Below are positions 9,325 through 19,020 of a stretch of DNA of 64,000 nt, piece by piece (position 1 is the first letter of the stretch; every line of letters starts with the position of its first letter). Source of the DNA: a plasmid; sequence record NZ_CP083859.1; one strand, 5' to 3'. The notes beneath the pieces were generated by a model that saw only the letters and a list, made by a program, of their open reading frames with translations, was not told the DNA's origin and did not search any database. Position numbers and translations under genes: made by a program.

Positions 9325-9981
9325 TCACAGGGACGGTTTTTCATCCCAGGGAAGGTCACTTTTCTCCACCTCCTTTATTTTTTCTTTCAGGAACACCTCG
9401 AACTCCATGCAAAGAACTTTAAGCGCCTGCACATCCTCATTCTGGTCAAGTAACCTTTCCGTAAAATAACCCAGCGTATTCATCAGACGGGTGAGCATTT
9501 CATCATTCAGACTACGGTTATGCACCTTCGCCATTGCCCTGATTTCATCTGCAAGGTTTTCAGGAATTCGCATGCTATATCCGGTTGCTTTCCCCGGAAG
9601 CAAAACTCTTTCACCCTCACGCCACATCCACAATTGCTCCTGCTTGGGCGAGGATTTAATTTCTCCAGCATCATCAAGAGATTCACCATCAAGTAATTGC
9701 CCTAGCCACTCTTCAAATCTCACCGCCAGAGCAATGAGCCGCTCACCCTCCGCAGTTTTAATGACAGGCTTGCCGGGCTGATAATTCAGCGACAACAAAA
9801 GCCTGGCAATAATTTCCTCATTCACACTTCTGTTGCCAGCTCTGGCACATATTCTCAGCTCCATAAGCAGATTATCCGGTGCACGCAATCGCCACTCCAC
9901 CGCCTCACCTGGCTGGAACTTGCGTGGACGGCCGCGACCATCCCACATTTTTTCTTTTACTTTCATAGCTATAGATCCCAT
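9325..9981 (-). CDS. Tandem ribbon-helix-helix (Arc/MetJ, TraY-like) DNA-binding protein, encoded antisense between traM and traA
   Basis: 218-aa ORF with a GGAG ribosome-binding site. It has two RHH units carrying the TraY-type NRS motif (VEWRLRAPDNLLMELRICARAGNRSVNEEIIARLLLSL and YSMRIPENLADEIRAMAKVHNRSLNDEMLTRLMNTL). No plus-strand traJ or traY ORF exists in 9293-10162. Confidence 0.6.
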   Translation of the reverse strand: MGSIAMKVKEKMWDGRGRPRKFQPGEAVEWRLRAPDNLLMELRICARAGNRSVNEEIIARLLLSLNYQPGKPVIKTAEGERLIALAVRFEEWLGQLLDGESLDDAGEIKSSPKQEQLWMWREGERVLLPGKATGYSMRIPENLADEIRAMAKVHNRSLNDEMLTRLMNTLGYFTERLLDQNEDVQALKVLCMEFEVFLKEKIKEVEKSDLPWDEKPSL

Positions 9982-10162
9982 AGACCATCTCCGAACTTAC
10001 TGGTCAACAAAGCCTACCCACTTACATATTCGGATAAATCTGAATGGTTCCAAAAAGTGTGACATGCGTCACAGTTTTTTTTTTTTAGGGTCATGGGACA
10101 ATTGCGCCCGCGTAAACAAGCACTTACGCGATTCACTTTTGTTTACTTCGGAGAAAACAAAC

Positions 10163-10516
10163 ATGTTAACCAAAGGCAGTGCCCTTAACGTCGGTAAGGG
10201 ATGGGCGGTAGCGTCTTTATTCCGCAAAGCACGCGAAAATCGCCAGGCTAAATTTTACTTAAAGTCAGCAGGCGCTTTTTTAATTGCACTTATGGTCACT
10301 CACCCGGCATTCGCATCTGGTACCGACCTTCTTTCCTCGCAGAACGCCACGGTTAATTCCACCTTCGGCTCCGGCTCATCACTGGTTAAATGGTTCTATA
10401 TCGCCGAAATCATCATGGGCCTGTTTATTTACATTAAGGCCCGCTCACTACTGGTATTCGTCGGTATCGTTATGGCAATCATCTTTACCCGTGTCGCCTT
10501 CGGTATCGCGAGCTAA
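10163..10516 (+). CDS. traA: TraA propilin
   Basis: 117 aa with a long leader plus pilin core (NATVNSTFGSGSSLVKWFYIAEIIMGLFIYI..), homologous to F TraA (TVKATFGKDSSVVKWVVLAEVLVG). Confidence 0.85.
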   Translation: MLTKGSALNVGKGWAVASLFRKARENRQAKFYLKSAGAFLIALMVTHPAFASGTDLLSSQNATVNSTFGSGSSLVKWFYIAEIIMGLFIYIKARSLLVFVGIVMAIIFTRVAFGIAS

Positions 10517-10822
10517 ATGATGAACGGGGAAGGAGACAAATATAACTTCCCGGAAACAATGAACCAGCAGAACCGCTATTTAGGCTTACCGATTGACGAA
10601 TTTATTGTTACCGCACCCCTTTTAGTTTTGGGGGTGCTTAACAACCTGTCACTCGAACTTGGTGTAATTGCGGGAATCCTCTGGTTCATCGTCAGATATC
10701 TGAAAAAAGGGCAGGGGTCGTACTGGTTGCTTAATTTCTGCTACTGGCACCTGCCATCACTTTTATTCAAAGTAACCTTTCGCCAGATACCTGACTCAAG
10801 TTTCCGGCACTGGAGGGCATAG
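10517..10822 (+). CDS. traL: TraL
   Basis: 101 aa, NKYNFPETMNQQNRYLGLPIDEF...PDSSFRHW matches the F TraL pattern. Confidence 0.85.
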   Translation: MMNGEGDKYNFPETMNQQNRYLGLPIDEFIVTAPLLVLGVLNNLSLELGVIAGILWFIVRYLKKGQGSYWLLNFCYWHLPSLLFKVTFRQIPDSSFRHWRA

Positions 10823-10828
10823 TTTTTC

Positions 10829-11410
10829 ATGAAACTGAATATTAAAGGAGAGCGCGATAAACAACTCCGCTATGCGTTTATTGGTCTTTCAGCTTTAACT
10901 TTACTCATGAGCGCAGGGAATGTACTGACAGGGTCACTGGCATGGTATTTCGCCACAACCCAGAAAACCATCACCACGCCGTTAACGTTTAACCGCCCAT
11001 TTGCATCAGATTCTAAAAGTGTCGATGCGACCGGTCTGACACAGTTCGCCGCTTCCTTTATTTACTGGCGACTCAACGTTACCCCGGAAAACATCGAACA
11101 TAACCAGAAAATGATTCTTGGATTTGTCCCCTCCGCCGAACGGGACGTACTCAAGAAAGCCCTGGACATAGAAACTGAGCGCATCCAGAAAGCGGGCATC
11201 ACCACCCAGTTCGACACGAAAGAAATTCGCGTCATGGATGATGGCTCCGTGCAGTACAGCGGGGTACTGAAATCCTCCACCACAAACGGCGCAATCATCA
11301 CGCCACTGAAAGACCAGGAAAAAACCTACCGACTGAAACTGAGTTATGACAACGGTGTGATTAACCTCCACAGCTTTGAAGAACTCAAGCCGGTATCTTC
11401 CACTAACTGA
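10829..11410 (+). CDS. traE: TraE
   Basis: 193 aa with an N-terminal transmembrane segment and PLTFNRPFA/ILKSSTTNG motifs like F TraE. Confidence 0.85.
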   Translation: MKLNIKGERDKQLRYAFIGLSALTLLMSAGNVLTGSLAWYFATTQKTITTPLTFNRPFASDSKSVDATGLTQFAASFIYWRLNVTPENIEHNQKMILGFVPSAERDVLKKALDIETERIQKAGITTQFDTKEIRVMDDGSVQYSGVLKSSTTNGAIITPLKDQEKTYRLKLSYDNGVINLHSFEELKPVSSTN

Positions 11411-11421
11411 CAGGACTGCCC

Positions 11422-12162
11422 ATGAAATTTCGCATTTCACCGGCAGCTGCTGCTGTGTTTCTGGCAGCGGGATTATTTACCAGCGGCCTCCGGGCCGCTT
11501 CCTCACCCGCAGCCATTCCGTTTGAGAACGACGCCGCCTTTAACGTCACTCTCAGCAACACCAACCCGAGTAAGGTTGTTGTAGACGGAGAACTCATTAC
11601 CAGCATCAGCGGACCAACCGGTGCGTATGACCAGAGCCAGACCGAGGACGGAGCGCTTATTTTGTCTCCGCTTGTTGGCCAGAACTTCACCCTGTTTATC
11701 CAGACTGACCACGGTTCATCGCTGAGCCTGAACGTCAGGCCGCAGCCGGGTAACGGCAAAACACTGCGCTTCACCCCGATGTCACCACCACTTCGCAAGA
11801 ACGACGATGCGAAGGCATGGGAAGAAGGGCAGACCTATGAAAAAACGCTGGTTGCGCTATCCCGCGCCGCAGTCAATGGCCAGGTGCCGGACGACTACCG
11901 GGAATACCCGGTCAGCCGCATGCCGGCTTACACACCCGCCAGTGATGTACGCCTGACGCCTGAACGCCAGTTTGTGGGCAACCACCTGCGGGTTGTTCGC
12001 TTCCGGATGAGCAACCCGGGCAGCATCACCCGCAGCCTCCGCGAGCGCGATTTCTGGCGCAAGGGCGTCCGGGCCGTAATGCTGTCGCAGAATCAGCTCT
12101 ACGCTGGCGGTGAGGGCTATGCCTGGATTGTGTTTTCAGATGACGGAGACGCCCGCTCATGA
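11422..12162 (+). CDS. traK: TraK (secretin-like)
   Basis: 246 aa with a signal peptide, found between traE and traB. Confidence 0.8.
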   Translation: MKFRISPAAAAVFLAAGLFTSGLRAASSPAAIPFENDAAFNVTLSNTNPSKVVVDGELITSISGPTGAYDQSQTEDGALILSPLVGQNFTLFIQTDHGSSLSLNVRPQPGNGKTLRFTPMSPPLRKNDDAKAWEEGQTYEKTLVALSRAAVNGQVPDDYREYPVSRMPAYTPASDVRLTPERQFVGNHLRVVRFRMSNPGSITRSLRERDFWRKGVRAVMLSQNQLYAGGEGYAWIVFSDDGDARS

Positions 12163-12635
12163 CCATCAGCCTGAATGAAAACCTGAAAACCCGCCGCAAG
12201 CAACTGGCCATCCTGGCCGCCGTCATCATTGGCGGCGCAGCTGCAGCAGGCGGCGTAATGTGGTACGGGCAATACCAGCAAAAACAAAAGCAACCCGCAC
12301 CGGTTGCAACACCAAACCTGACCGGCGTTGTGACCGCGACGTTTAACGAACAGGTCAACGATGCCGCGCTGACACAGCAGCAGGCAAAGACCTCCGCTCT
12401 TGAGCAAAACCTTGCCACGCTTGCTCAGCAGTTCGCGCAGAACAAGCTCACAACCGAGCAGAAGCTGGCCGAGAAGGACGCTGAAATACAGCGCTTGAAT
12501 GACCAGCTAACGAAAGCCCCCGGCAGCAACCAGACCACTGGCCAGCAGACACCACCTGTTGGCCAGAACGGAACACCACTCCCCGGTCCCGTTGCTGGCG
12601 GTCAGGCCCGGCCACCCGAATACACCGTAAAGTGA
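12159..12635 (+). pseudogene. traB: traB truncated after codon 158 (intact TraB is about 475 aa)
   Basis: The N-terminal TM and coiled-coil region is TraB-like (KRKQLAILAAVIIGGAAAAGG). The ORF then stops (…PPEYTVK*), and no TraB continuation exists in any frame before traD'. Confidence 0.8.
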
Positions 12636-12639
12636 GCTG

Positions 12640-12876
12640 ATGTTAGCGAGGGCTTATATGAATGTATTTGGTTCACTTCCTGAGGGGCAGGGAATGACCA
12701 TCATTGCTGGCTGGGCTGGCTATGAATTCACTCTATATGGTCTGGAGCCCCAGGAGTGGCATTCACCGGTTTATAAGGATGTGGCCTCCTCAGTCCGTTC
12801 TGTGGCTGCATACATTAATGCACAGGACTGGGAGGACGGATGTCAGCAGGCCAGATATGAACTGAGTCTGATGTAA
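12640..12876 (+). CDS. orphan 78-aa ORF at the tra deletion junction (possibly a 3' remnant of a lost gene)
   Basis: Open frame only. Not recognisable as TraT or TraS. Lies 116 bp upstream of traD'. Confidence 0.3.
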   Translation: MLARAYMNVFGSLPEGQGMTIIAGWAGYEFTLYGLEPQEWHSPVYKDVASSVRSVAAYINAQDWEDGCQQARYELSLM

Positions 12877-12991
12877 TAACCCGACGTTTTCCCACTCGCG
12901 CTATCACGTAATTCATCACCCTTTTCAACGTTTCTCCCCTGATAACACACATCACCGAACAGGTGATGCAATAACGGCCGGACAACACTCT

Positions 12992-13642
12992 ATGAGCTTC
13001 GCAGGAAAAAACCTCACTCAGGGCGGGCAGATGACCGCCTACCGCTGGCGCATGTTCATTCAGGTGAACAACTGGATAGGATTCTGGATCTTCATCCTGT
13101 TCGCCGTGCTAACTACCGCCATTTTTCTCTGGCGAATTCCACAGGAAGCCCTTGATAACGGCTCCCTGTGGTGGTTTGCCAGCATCAACAGCAGTTTTAT
13201 CGATCTGATGCCGGCAACGGGGACGCCAAAAATTTACGACGTCCACTACTGGTATGCGCCAACCGCGACGATGATGGTGCTCAAAATGACCCTGCCGCAG
13301 ATCTATACCGACCTGTATATGCAGGAGATGGGCAACCAGTGCCTGACTGAGCTGCAGTGGGCGGCCGGCGCCAGCGGGTTGTTCAGTATGGTGGTGTTTA
13401 TCGCCGTGACATGGTTTATCGCCAGTATCGGCAGAAAGGAAAGTGAAGATGAATACATTTCCGGGATGCAGCTGACTGATAAGCCAGCTGAAGTGAACAA
13501 GCTCCTGCGTAAAAACGGTGAGTTCTCTGACCTGCGCGTGGGTGATCTGCATATGGTCAGGATGGCGGAGGTACTCAACTTCCTGATGCATGGCACTATC
13601 GGGGTGGGGAAGTCGACGCTGATACGCTGGTTGCAGAGCTGA
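12992..13642 (+). pseudogene. traD: traD 5' fragment (N-terminal 216 codons through the Walker A motif)
   Basis: MSFAGKNLTQGGQMTAYRWRMF..GMQLTDKPAEVNKLLRK..HGTIGVGKSTLIRWL matches F TraD through GTVGAGKSEVIRRL. It then terminates at the TGA at 13640-13642. Confidence 0.8.
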
Positions 13643-13651
13643 GCGGAGGCA

Positions 13652-15328
13652 GTGAAAACGTCACCGGAGGCGCGGTCCCGTACGCTCATCATTGCGCAGC
13701 TGAACGCCGACCGTAAGGCGATAAATGCTGGCATTCATGCCGCGCTGGCAGCGCGGGGAGAACTGGGGGAGAAGGCTATTAAGGTGCCGGTGCTCGATAA
13801 AATCACCCATACGCGCCATGAGTTCAATAAAACAGAGTCCTGGGAAGCCGGGATGGTGGTTAAACGCGGTGACCGCTACCAGGATGTGGTAGCCGTTGAC
13901 CGTAACGGCAGCACGGTGACGGTACGTGATGAGGAGGGGAAGATTGCTCTGGTTTCACCGAAGGAGCTGATCACCGGTGACGTGCAGCTGTTTCGCCGCA
14001 GCGAGATGGAAGTCCGTTCCGGCGATCTGCTTAAGTTCACGGCGACCGATCGCGAACAGGGGCAGATGGCCAACCAGCGCTATACGGTGGAGTCGGTCAG
14101 CGAGGAGGGGAATATCCGTCTGAAGGGGGAGAACGGTCGCGTCACCATCAATCCTGAGAAGGTCCGGGCGCAGCAGAATCTCGACTACGGCTGGGCCGTC
14201 ACCGGCTACGGCGCACAGGGGGCCAGCAGTGATTATGTCATTGCGCTTGAGGGCACGAAAGACGGACGTAAGGCACTGGCTTCCCGTCGTGCCTTCTACA
14301 TTTCAGCCTCACGCGTCAAGGAGCACGTCCAGATTTACACCGACAAGAAAGCGGACTGGGTTAAGGCGGTAAAAACGCCGGAGCGTGATATCAAAACGGC
14401 GCACGATGCGCTGGCACCAGAAACGCAGCGCAAACAGGCGAAAGCCATCTGGGCAATGGGGCAGCCGGTGAATAAAACGGCCATCGGTCGCGCCTGGGTG
14501 CGCCATCAGGGCATGCAGGATGCGTCACTGACGGCAAAAATCATCCCGGCCACCCGGCGCTTTCCTGAACCGGCGCTGGCGCTGCCGGTGTATGACAACA
14601 ATGGCAGGAGTGCGGGCCTGGCCATGGTTTCCCTGGTTGCCAGCCCGGAAGGGCGGATGACACAGGGGGAGACCCGGATGGTCATGACAGAACGTGCCCG
14701 TGGTGCGGTACTGCAGCGAAGCCAGTCAGGCAACACGATTGTGGCCAGTGACCTGGCGGCCGCGCTTGATGCAGTACGACATCACCCGAAGGACGGCGTG
14801 GTCTGGCAGACCGGCGATGAACCGCCTTCAGCATGGTTGCTTAAGGTGAGCGGTGGGACAAAACAGGATGTGTCGCCGGGTATTGTCTCCACGCTGACTG
14901 ACGAGCAGAACGTACAGCAACTGCGCGAACAGATGCTGGCAGACCAGATTCGCAATGAAGACGCCGGACGGAACAGGCAGCCGGAGTCGTTGCTGCCGGA
15001 AATTCCGCAGGAAGAGGTGATCAGACTGAAACCGGAAGACATTAACCCGCGTAAACCGGAACCACTCACCCCGGATGCAGATGTAATCGCCAGGGTGAGA
15101 GGTGAGGAAAACACCGGTGGACAGGAAATGAAAGCTGCTGCAGGTGTCAGGAGTGAGCTGGAAGGTGCTGACAAGGCATCCGGTGAACAGTCGCGGGCAT
15201 CGCGTGTGATTGCAGATCTGGCAAACGCTGAGCGCGACATGCTCAGGGTGGCAGAAAATACTGAACGCGGCCGCATGCCGGAGCGTGAAGAACAGACCCT
15301 CACCCGTACCATTCAGAAAGAACGCTAA
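13652..15328 (+). pseudogene. traI: traI 3' fragment (C-terminal domain of the TraI relaxase-helicase, about 558 codons)
   Basis: VTGYGAQGASSDYVIALEGTKDGRKALA..YISASRVKEHVQIYTDKKADW aligns with F TraI ITAHGAQGASETFAIALEGTEGNRKLMA..YVALSRMKQHVQVYTD. It is in the same frame as traD' and separated from it only by a TGA. The relaxase and helicase domains are absent. Confidence 0.8.
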
Positions 15329-15356
15329 TCCCCCATTTAACAATGAGACTCAGACG

Positions 15357-16142
15357 ATGAAAGTACACAAATTAGCAGCATTAATAGTTACAACATACAT
15401 TGGCTTTATTGCAACAGCACACGCTTCGGCCCCTCAGCCGATATTCAGCCCGGAGCAGGAGGCCCGTATCGGGGAAATCGCAGCAGACTACCTGGTATCC
15501 CACCCGGAGATACTGGTGACGGTCAGTCATAAGCTGCAGGAACAGCAGAAGGCACGTAAGCAGAAGATGTTTGCACTCAGCGTGATGGAGAATCAGGCGA
15601 ACCTTCTGCATGATCCGGATACCCCGGCTTACGGGCCTGATAATACAAAGGTCGCGGTGATTGAATTCTTTGATTACCAGTGCGTGTTCTGCAGCCGCTT
15701 TGCGCCGGAGCTGGAGAAGGTCATGAAAGCGCAGCCGGACGTCCGCTACCTCTTTAAGGAGTGGCCAATATTTGGTGGCCGCTGGGAAGCCTCACTTCAG
15801 GCAGCGCAGCAGGGGCTGACGGTCTGGCAAAAGAAAGGGCCGCAGGCCTATGTCACCTATCACAATGCCATCTACGCCACCGGGCATAATGAAGGCAAAC
15901 TGACGGTGGAGGATATTCGCGTTGCAGCGTCAAAGGCGGGGCTGGCCACCTCAGCTCCTGGCGACCATACCGCGTCTCTTGAGAAAAACAGCAATCTGTC
16001 GGAGGCGCTGGGACTCACCGGAACGCCGGGGATCATCGTCATGCCCGTTAGCGGGGCGACTCCCGACACCATCACGGTTTTCCCGGAAGCTGTAACCGCT
16101 GACAGGCTTCAGGTAGCAATCCGGAAAGCCACGGCCAGATAG
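15357..16142 (+). CDS. DsbA-like periplasmic thiol:disulfide oxidoreductase (plasmid-borne)
   Basis: Signal peptide MKVHKLAALIVTTYIGFIATAHA and a thioredoxin CxxC motif (CVFC). The tool ORF starting at 15210 is an upstream extension overlapping the traI 3' end. Confidence 0.8.
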   Translation: MKVHKLAALIVTTYIGFIATAHASAPQPIFSPEQEARIGEIAADYLVSHPEILVTVSHKLQEQQKARKQKMFALSVMENQANLLHDPDTPAYGPDNTKVAVIEFFDYQCVFCSRFAPELEKVMKAQPDVRYLFKEWPIFGGRWEASLQAAQQGLTVWQKKGPQAYVTYHNAIYATGHNEGKLTVEDIRVAASKAGLATSAPGDHTASLEKNSNLSEALGLTGTPGIIVMPVSGATPDTITVFPEAVTADRLQVAIRKATAR

Positions 16143-16242
16143 AAGATTTCAATTTCCTGTTTGCTGTGCCAGCCACATATGCAACCAACTTTTTTTAGCA
16201 TATAGTTAAGTTCAGTAGTAAAATGCAGCGCCTCGTCGAGAG

Positions 16243-16791
16243 ATGATGATTATGGAGCCCGTCGTGAAATTTAAAATCCAGCACTTGCAGGCCGCAGTGG
16301 CACTGGTTCTTGCCAGTTTCCAGCCGCAACCCAAAGCGGTTGCGTGTCAGCCTACGATTGTTGAACGGGTTTACGAAATGGGCTCCAGAGTCAACAAAAC
16401 CGATATCAGCGAGCTCACTGTTGCTCTCAATGACGTAGCTGAAGAATTACGCTCAAGTCGCATCGAGCTGGCACGGTATGCAGACAGCGATTTCGCCGGC
16501 GCTATCAAAGTCGCCAGCGACATCAGAAATCATACTATCCATGTCGCAGGTATCGCAGAGTCCTTTGTTCTGATGCTGCCGGAAAAAAAAATCGTTCAGT
16601 CGTATGACAGGAATTCTGTTGAGTTTGCATTCTTTAAGGCCATTAAAATGGTCAGTCTTGCGACTAAAAACTACCTCAGTCTTATTGATCAAATCACACG
16701 AACGACAGAAGTGCGTGACTCTGGAATCAACCTCTCGGCCATGAATCACCTGCTGGATTCAGGCAACAGGGCAGCGGCTAAATGGCGTTAA
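16243..16791 (+). CDS. hypothetical 182-aa protein, candidate antitoxin/partner of the YafO-like toxin
   Basis: Overlaps the downstream YafO-like gene by 10 nt. No similarity to YafN/RelB/DinJ that I can recognise. Confidence 0.5.
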   Translation: MMIMEPVVKFKIQHLQAAVALVLASFQPQPKAVACQPTIVERVYEMGSRVNKTDISELTVALNDVAEELRSSRIELARYADSDFAGAIKVASDIRNHTIHVAGIAESFVLMLPEKKIVQSYDRNSVEFAFFKAIKMVSLATKNYLSLIDQITRTTEVRDSGINLSAMNHLLDSGNRAAAKWR

Positions 16792-17198
16792 CAGCTGAGT
16801 ACAGTCATGTCACGTGGGATACTTTTTTCCAGCCCACGTTTGCCGTTTACCCTGAGCTGGAGAGCCAGTTACAAGCAGAGTTCATTACGTATAAATCAAC
16901 TGGCGCACCGTCAAATCTTCTTGGAAGGGACGCCCCTTTTGATTACCCGCCATTCGCTGTCGATGCTAACGTCCAGCATATTCACGTTAATCTGCATTTC
17001 CAGCTCACCTGGAGTGCCAGACAAGAGAATTACAACCGTACCTCAGATCACTATCTCATTTACACAGAACACATGTGGGATAGCGGCCGCTTTCTGCTGA
17101 TGGGGCTGATAACACCGGCTCATGAACGTATGCCCGCGAGAGATACACGGTTACTCAGCTACTTTTCTGAAGTTGCAGAAGATTTTCACGCTTCATAA
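16782..17198 (+). CDS. YafO-family toxin (ribosome-dependent mRNA interferase family)
   Basis: EFITYKSTGAPSNLLGRDAPFDYPP...VQHIHVNL...WDSGRFLLMGLITPAHERMPARD...FSEVAEDF parallels E. coli YafO (DFISYKRDGVLPDIFGRDALYDD...VAHIHLAN...AWLLIAILKPEPHKLARD...MAEAF). Confidence 0.65.
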   Translation: MALTAEYSHVTWDTFFQPTFAVYPELESQLQAEFITYKSTGAPSNLLGRDAPFDYPPFAVDANVQHIHVNLHFQLTWSARQENYNRTSDHYLIYTEHMWDSGRFLLMGLITPAHERMPARDTRLLSYFSEVAEDFHAS

Positions 17199-17409
17199 CC
17201 CTAAAAATCACATATGGTACCCGGCAAAAGAACGAAAAGGACCGGCCATCCCGCATATCCAAACCACCCCGGTTCAGAAGGGGAAACGGGATAGCCGGCA
17301 GACCTACTTTAACGGAAGTTCCAATGTGACACCATTTCAGAAAATTGCAAGCATGCGAGCATCCACACCTACTATCTTGTTAACTTGTTATCTTAACGTG
17401 TTGTTAAGT

Positions 17410-18399
17410 TCATATCAGATCCAGACGGTCGCGCGCCGTTCGCAGGCGCGCCTCGCCGCGGCGATCGTACTGCTGGGTGGTGGTGACGCTGGCATGACCC
17501 ATCGCATCCTTCACCGTAATCAGGTCTTCCCCATTATCCAGCATGGCCGTGGCAAAAGTACGCCTTAAATCGTGCGGGGCGCATTTCGCTATTCCTGCCT
17601 GGCGCTGGCGCACCTGCAGGACATGGTACACTGCCTGGTCGGTGAGACGGTCATTCGTCAGGGTGTCAAAGCGACGGATACGGGTAAACAGCGGCCCGTC
17701 TTTTTCTCCGCGCACTTCATCGATCCACAGCTTTAGCCGCTGCCAGGTGCCCGCCGGCATATAGGCCAGCCGTTCCTTGTTCCCCTTACCCAGCACCCTG
17801 AGTGCTCGCTCAGTGGTGACAACGTCACTCAAATCCAGCCCCACGGCCTCCGACCGGCGCAGGCCGCAGCCAAGAATGACACCCAGCATCGCCGCATCCC
17901 GGAGGCCGATACTGGAGCCATCATCCTCGCAGGTACTGAACAGCGCTAGGATCTCCTCCGGCAGCAGGGCCCGGCCGCGGGGGAGACGGCTGCCGCGCAG
18001 GTTGCGCACCGCCCGGATGTGCTGGAAGCTTTCCACGTCCATCAGCCTGAGCATCCAGGCTTCCTTCGCCACGCCCTTGAGTGCCGAAAGGTAGGTGTTG
18101 ACGGTGGCCGTGGCCCGCCCGCTATCGCGCAGCAGCTCGGTCACAGCCATCACGTGATGACGCCGCAGGCTGCCCCAGCTGCAGGCATCCATGGAAGCTG
18201 AACCGAGCATGTCCGCGACGATGCTAAGGAACGAGGCCATGGTCTGCCGGCTGCGGGGGGAATTCAGGGAAAGCAGGTACGCCCGGGCGGGACTGACCGG
18301 ACCCTCGCCGCCTGTCAGCGCCGGCAGGAAATCCCCATCAGGTGGTATGACCGCCGGCGACATGGACAGGTCAGGATCATCATCAGGCATCTGTGTCAT
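17410..18399 (-). CDS. Tyrosine site-specific recombinase (XerC/XerD-like)
   Basis: C-terminal catalytic motif HDLRRTFATAMLDNGEDLITVKDAMGHASVTTTQQYD with the RHRY signature. Confidence 0.85.
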   Translation of the reverse strand: MTQMPDDDPDLSMSPAVIPPDGDFLPALTGGEGPVSPARAYLLSLNSPRSRQTMASFLSIVADMLGSASMDACSWGSLRRHHVMAVTELLRDSGRATATVNTYLSALKGVAKEAWMLRLMDVESFQHIRAVRNLRGSRLPRGRALLPEEILALFSTCEDDGSSIGLRDAAMLGVILGCGLRRSEAVGLDLSDVVTTERALRVLGKGNKERLAYMPAGTWQRLKLWIDEVRGEKDGPLFTRIRRFDTLTNDRLTDQAVYHVLQVRQRQAGIAKCAPHDLRRTFATAMLDNGEDLITVKDAMGHASVTTTQQYDRRGEARLRTARDRLDLI

Positions 18400-18599
18400 C
18401 CAGGGCTCCGTCAGGGCCGGAAACCGTCCGGCGCGCTGCGTGAAAAATCGGGGGAAATGATACCGCCAGAGCGTATCGCAGAAAGTCTACTTTTTCAAAG
18501 GTACATTTTAATAAGTAGATAAAGCAGCTATCTCGCCTTGATACTGGTGGTATTGCTCTTTACGAAACCTAGTCCGTTCCCTTAGCGGAAATGCTTATA

Positions 18600-19020
18600 G
18601 TTCCTTTGGATTGCTCGGCGCTGTGCTGGCTTTAGCCGTAACGAATATGACGAATGACGTCTTTTTCAAAGTGGGCCAGATAACCCTGATTGGCCTTTCC
18701 GCTAAGAATGCGATTCTGGTTATCGAATTCGCGAAACAATTGATGAAAGAAGGAAAGACCCTTATTGATGCGACATTGATTGCATTGAAGCAGCGCTTGT
18801 GGTCAATACGGATTACTTCTCTGGTTTTCACATTAAACACTGTTCCGCTGATGCTTACCATGGGGCCAGTGACAGCACAAAGCATGCGATCGGTACCAGT
18901 GTATTCGGCGGGATGATTAGCGGAACGCTACTGGCCATTTCCTTTGTTCCGGTATTTTTCGTAAATATCACCCGATTTACTGGCATGCGAAAAGACATAC
19001 CGGGGAATAGCCGGAACGGC
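18600..19020 (+). pseudogene. RND efflux pump (AcrB-like) C-terminal fragment, frameshifted
   Basis: LIGLSAKNAILVIEFAKQLMKEGKTLIDATL...VPVFFV is like the AcrB C-terminus. It is split over two frames (18611-18916 and 18799-19023) with no upstream body. Confidence 0.6.

Noticed and set aside
9491-9781. 96-aa plus-strand ORF in the traM-traA gap, considered as a possible divergent traJ
   Set aside because: It has no HTH or other TraJ-like features. It is embedded antisense in the well-formed tandem-RHH gene, which has a ribosome-binding site and two conserved RHH units.
15210-15356. Upstream extension of the DsbA-like ORF overlapping the traI 3' end
   Set aside because: The signal peptide begins at the internal ATG at 15357. 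The extension reads through the traI stop region and adds a non-secretory N-terminus.
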